DNA of 64,000 nucleotides from Escherichia coli (GTDB lineage Bacteria; Pseudomonadota; Gammaproteobacteria; Enterobacterales; Enterobacteriaceae): NCBI RefSeq assembly GCF_024700885.2, contig NZ_CP117016.1; one strand, 5' to 3'. Shown piece by piece: positions 63,632 to 64,000 of this stretch (position 1 is its first letter; each line of letters starts with the position of its first letter). The notes under the pieces were generated by a model. It saw only the letters and a program-made list of their open reading frames with translations, ran no database searches and was not told where the DNA came from. The position numbers and the translations under genes were made by a program.

Positions 63632-64000
63632 CTATGATTTGTCGCCGTACTCGCTTTTTATTTGCTCTTCAGCCTGCTCCAGCCACATCTCCAGATCGTC
63701 AGTATCGAGGGCATCAATCTCCCCCGGCTGAAACCGGAACCATCTCGCCAGCAGCCCCTGCGCCTGCGTCAGCGCCCTAGTTGCTCTCACCCATCCCCGT
63801 GATGAGCTGAAATCGTTTCTGTAACTGCAGGTAATCAGCCAGATCCATATTGTCGAGATCTTCCGGGAGAAGACCAGTACTGCGGGCAATCAGCGGTTCG
63901 TCCCAGTCTGCCGGGTTTTTGCTGATTTTGCGCACCTGCTTCAGGTCTTTTACCGTCAGGCGTTTCAGTTCAACCTGCTCAATTCTGGTGCCTGCAGCAG
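63632..64000 (-). CDS. Tail assembly chaperone pair (gpE-like and frameshift-extended E'), 5' end outside window
   Basis: One frame reads …VELKRLTVKDLKQVRKISKNPADWDEPLIARSTGLLPEDLDNMDLADYLQLQKRFQLITGMGESN* (stop at 63777); an overlapping shifted frame continues to 63632 (…WLEQAEEQIKSEYGDKS*). Confidence 0.5.

Larger units (their letters stand above)
52055..64000 (-). mobile_element. Mu-like transposable prophage, terminal ~12 kb (invertase end), continuing beyond the window
   Basis: Terminal sequence 5'-TGATGCGCCGCGCGATAAATGC… with repeated CGATAAATG and GCGTTTCA motifs resembling Mu right-end transposase sites; gene order invertase–cassettes–tfa–tail fibre–baseplate–tape measure–chaperone follows the Mu tail module. 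Confidence 0.7.

Overview
This window reads as Escherichia coli chromosome (asnT–cobU region) carrying three layers of horizontally acquired DNA, identified by reading the ORF translations and recalled family signatures; no database search was run. (1) 1–13.1 kb: the distal end of the yersiniabactin High-Pathogenicity Island (irp1 3' part, ybtU, ybtT, ybtE, fyuA), followed by an AT-rich spacer and a complete IS1 that truncates a yeeL-like glycosyltransferase gene. (2) 14.9–27.1 kb: conserved core genes shiA, amn, yeeN, asnW, yeeO, asnU, cbl, nac, asnV, erfK/ldtA, cobT, cobS, cobU. (3) 27.1–52.05 kb: a decayed CP4-44-like island. It contains an IS3 with an internal deletion, a php-like gene, a ggt fragment, an ISL3 transposase remnant, an IS110-family element whose recombinase carries an in-frame amber codon, two paralogous zinc-ribbon genes plus a YagK/YfjJ-like gene, alpA, a DUF3987 gene, a yeeP-like GTPase, flu/Ag43 with its GATC switch and an apparent 1-nt frameshift, a long yeeR-like gene, DUF905/DUF932/antirestriction/radC-like/yeeT/cbeA genes, and a cbtA toxin gene cut short at codon 64. 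(4) 52.055–64 kb: the end of a Mu-like transposable prophage inserted inside cbtA, with a Gin/Pin-type invertase, two promoterless alternative tail-fibre C-terminal cassettes, tfa, a tail fibre with 168-bp tandem repeats, a baseplate module, tape measure and an E/E' chaperone. The most unusual items are the three-cassette tail-fibre switch lacking cognate tfa genes, the prophage insertion into a toxin gene, the IS110-family element with a candidate bridge-RNA region, and several uncharacterised island genes.
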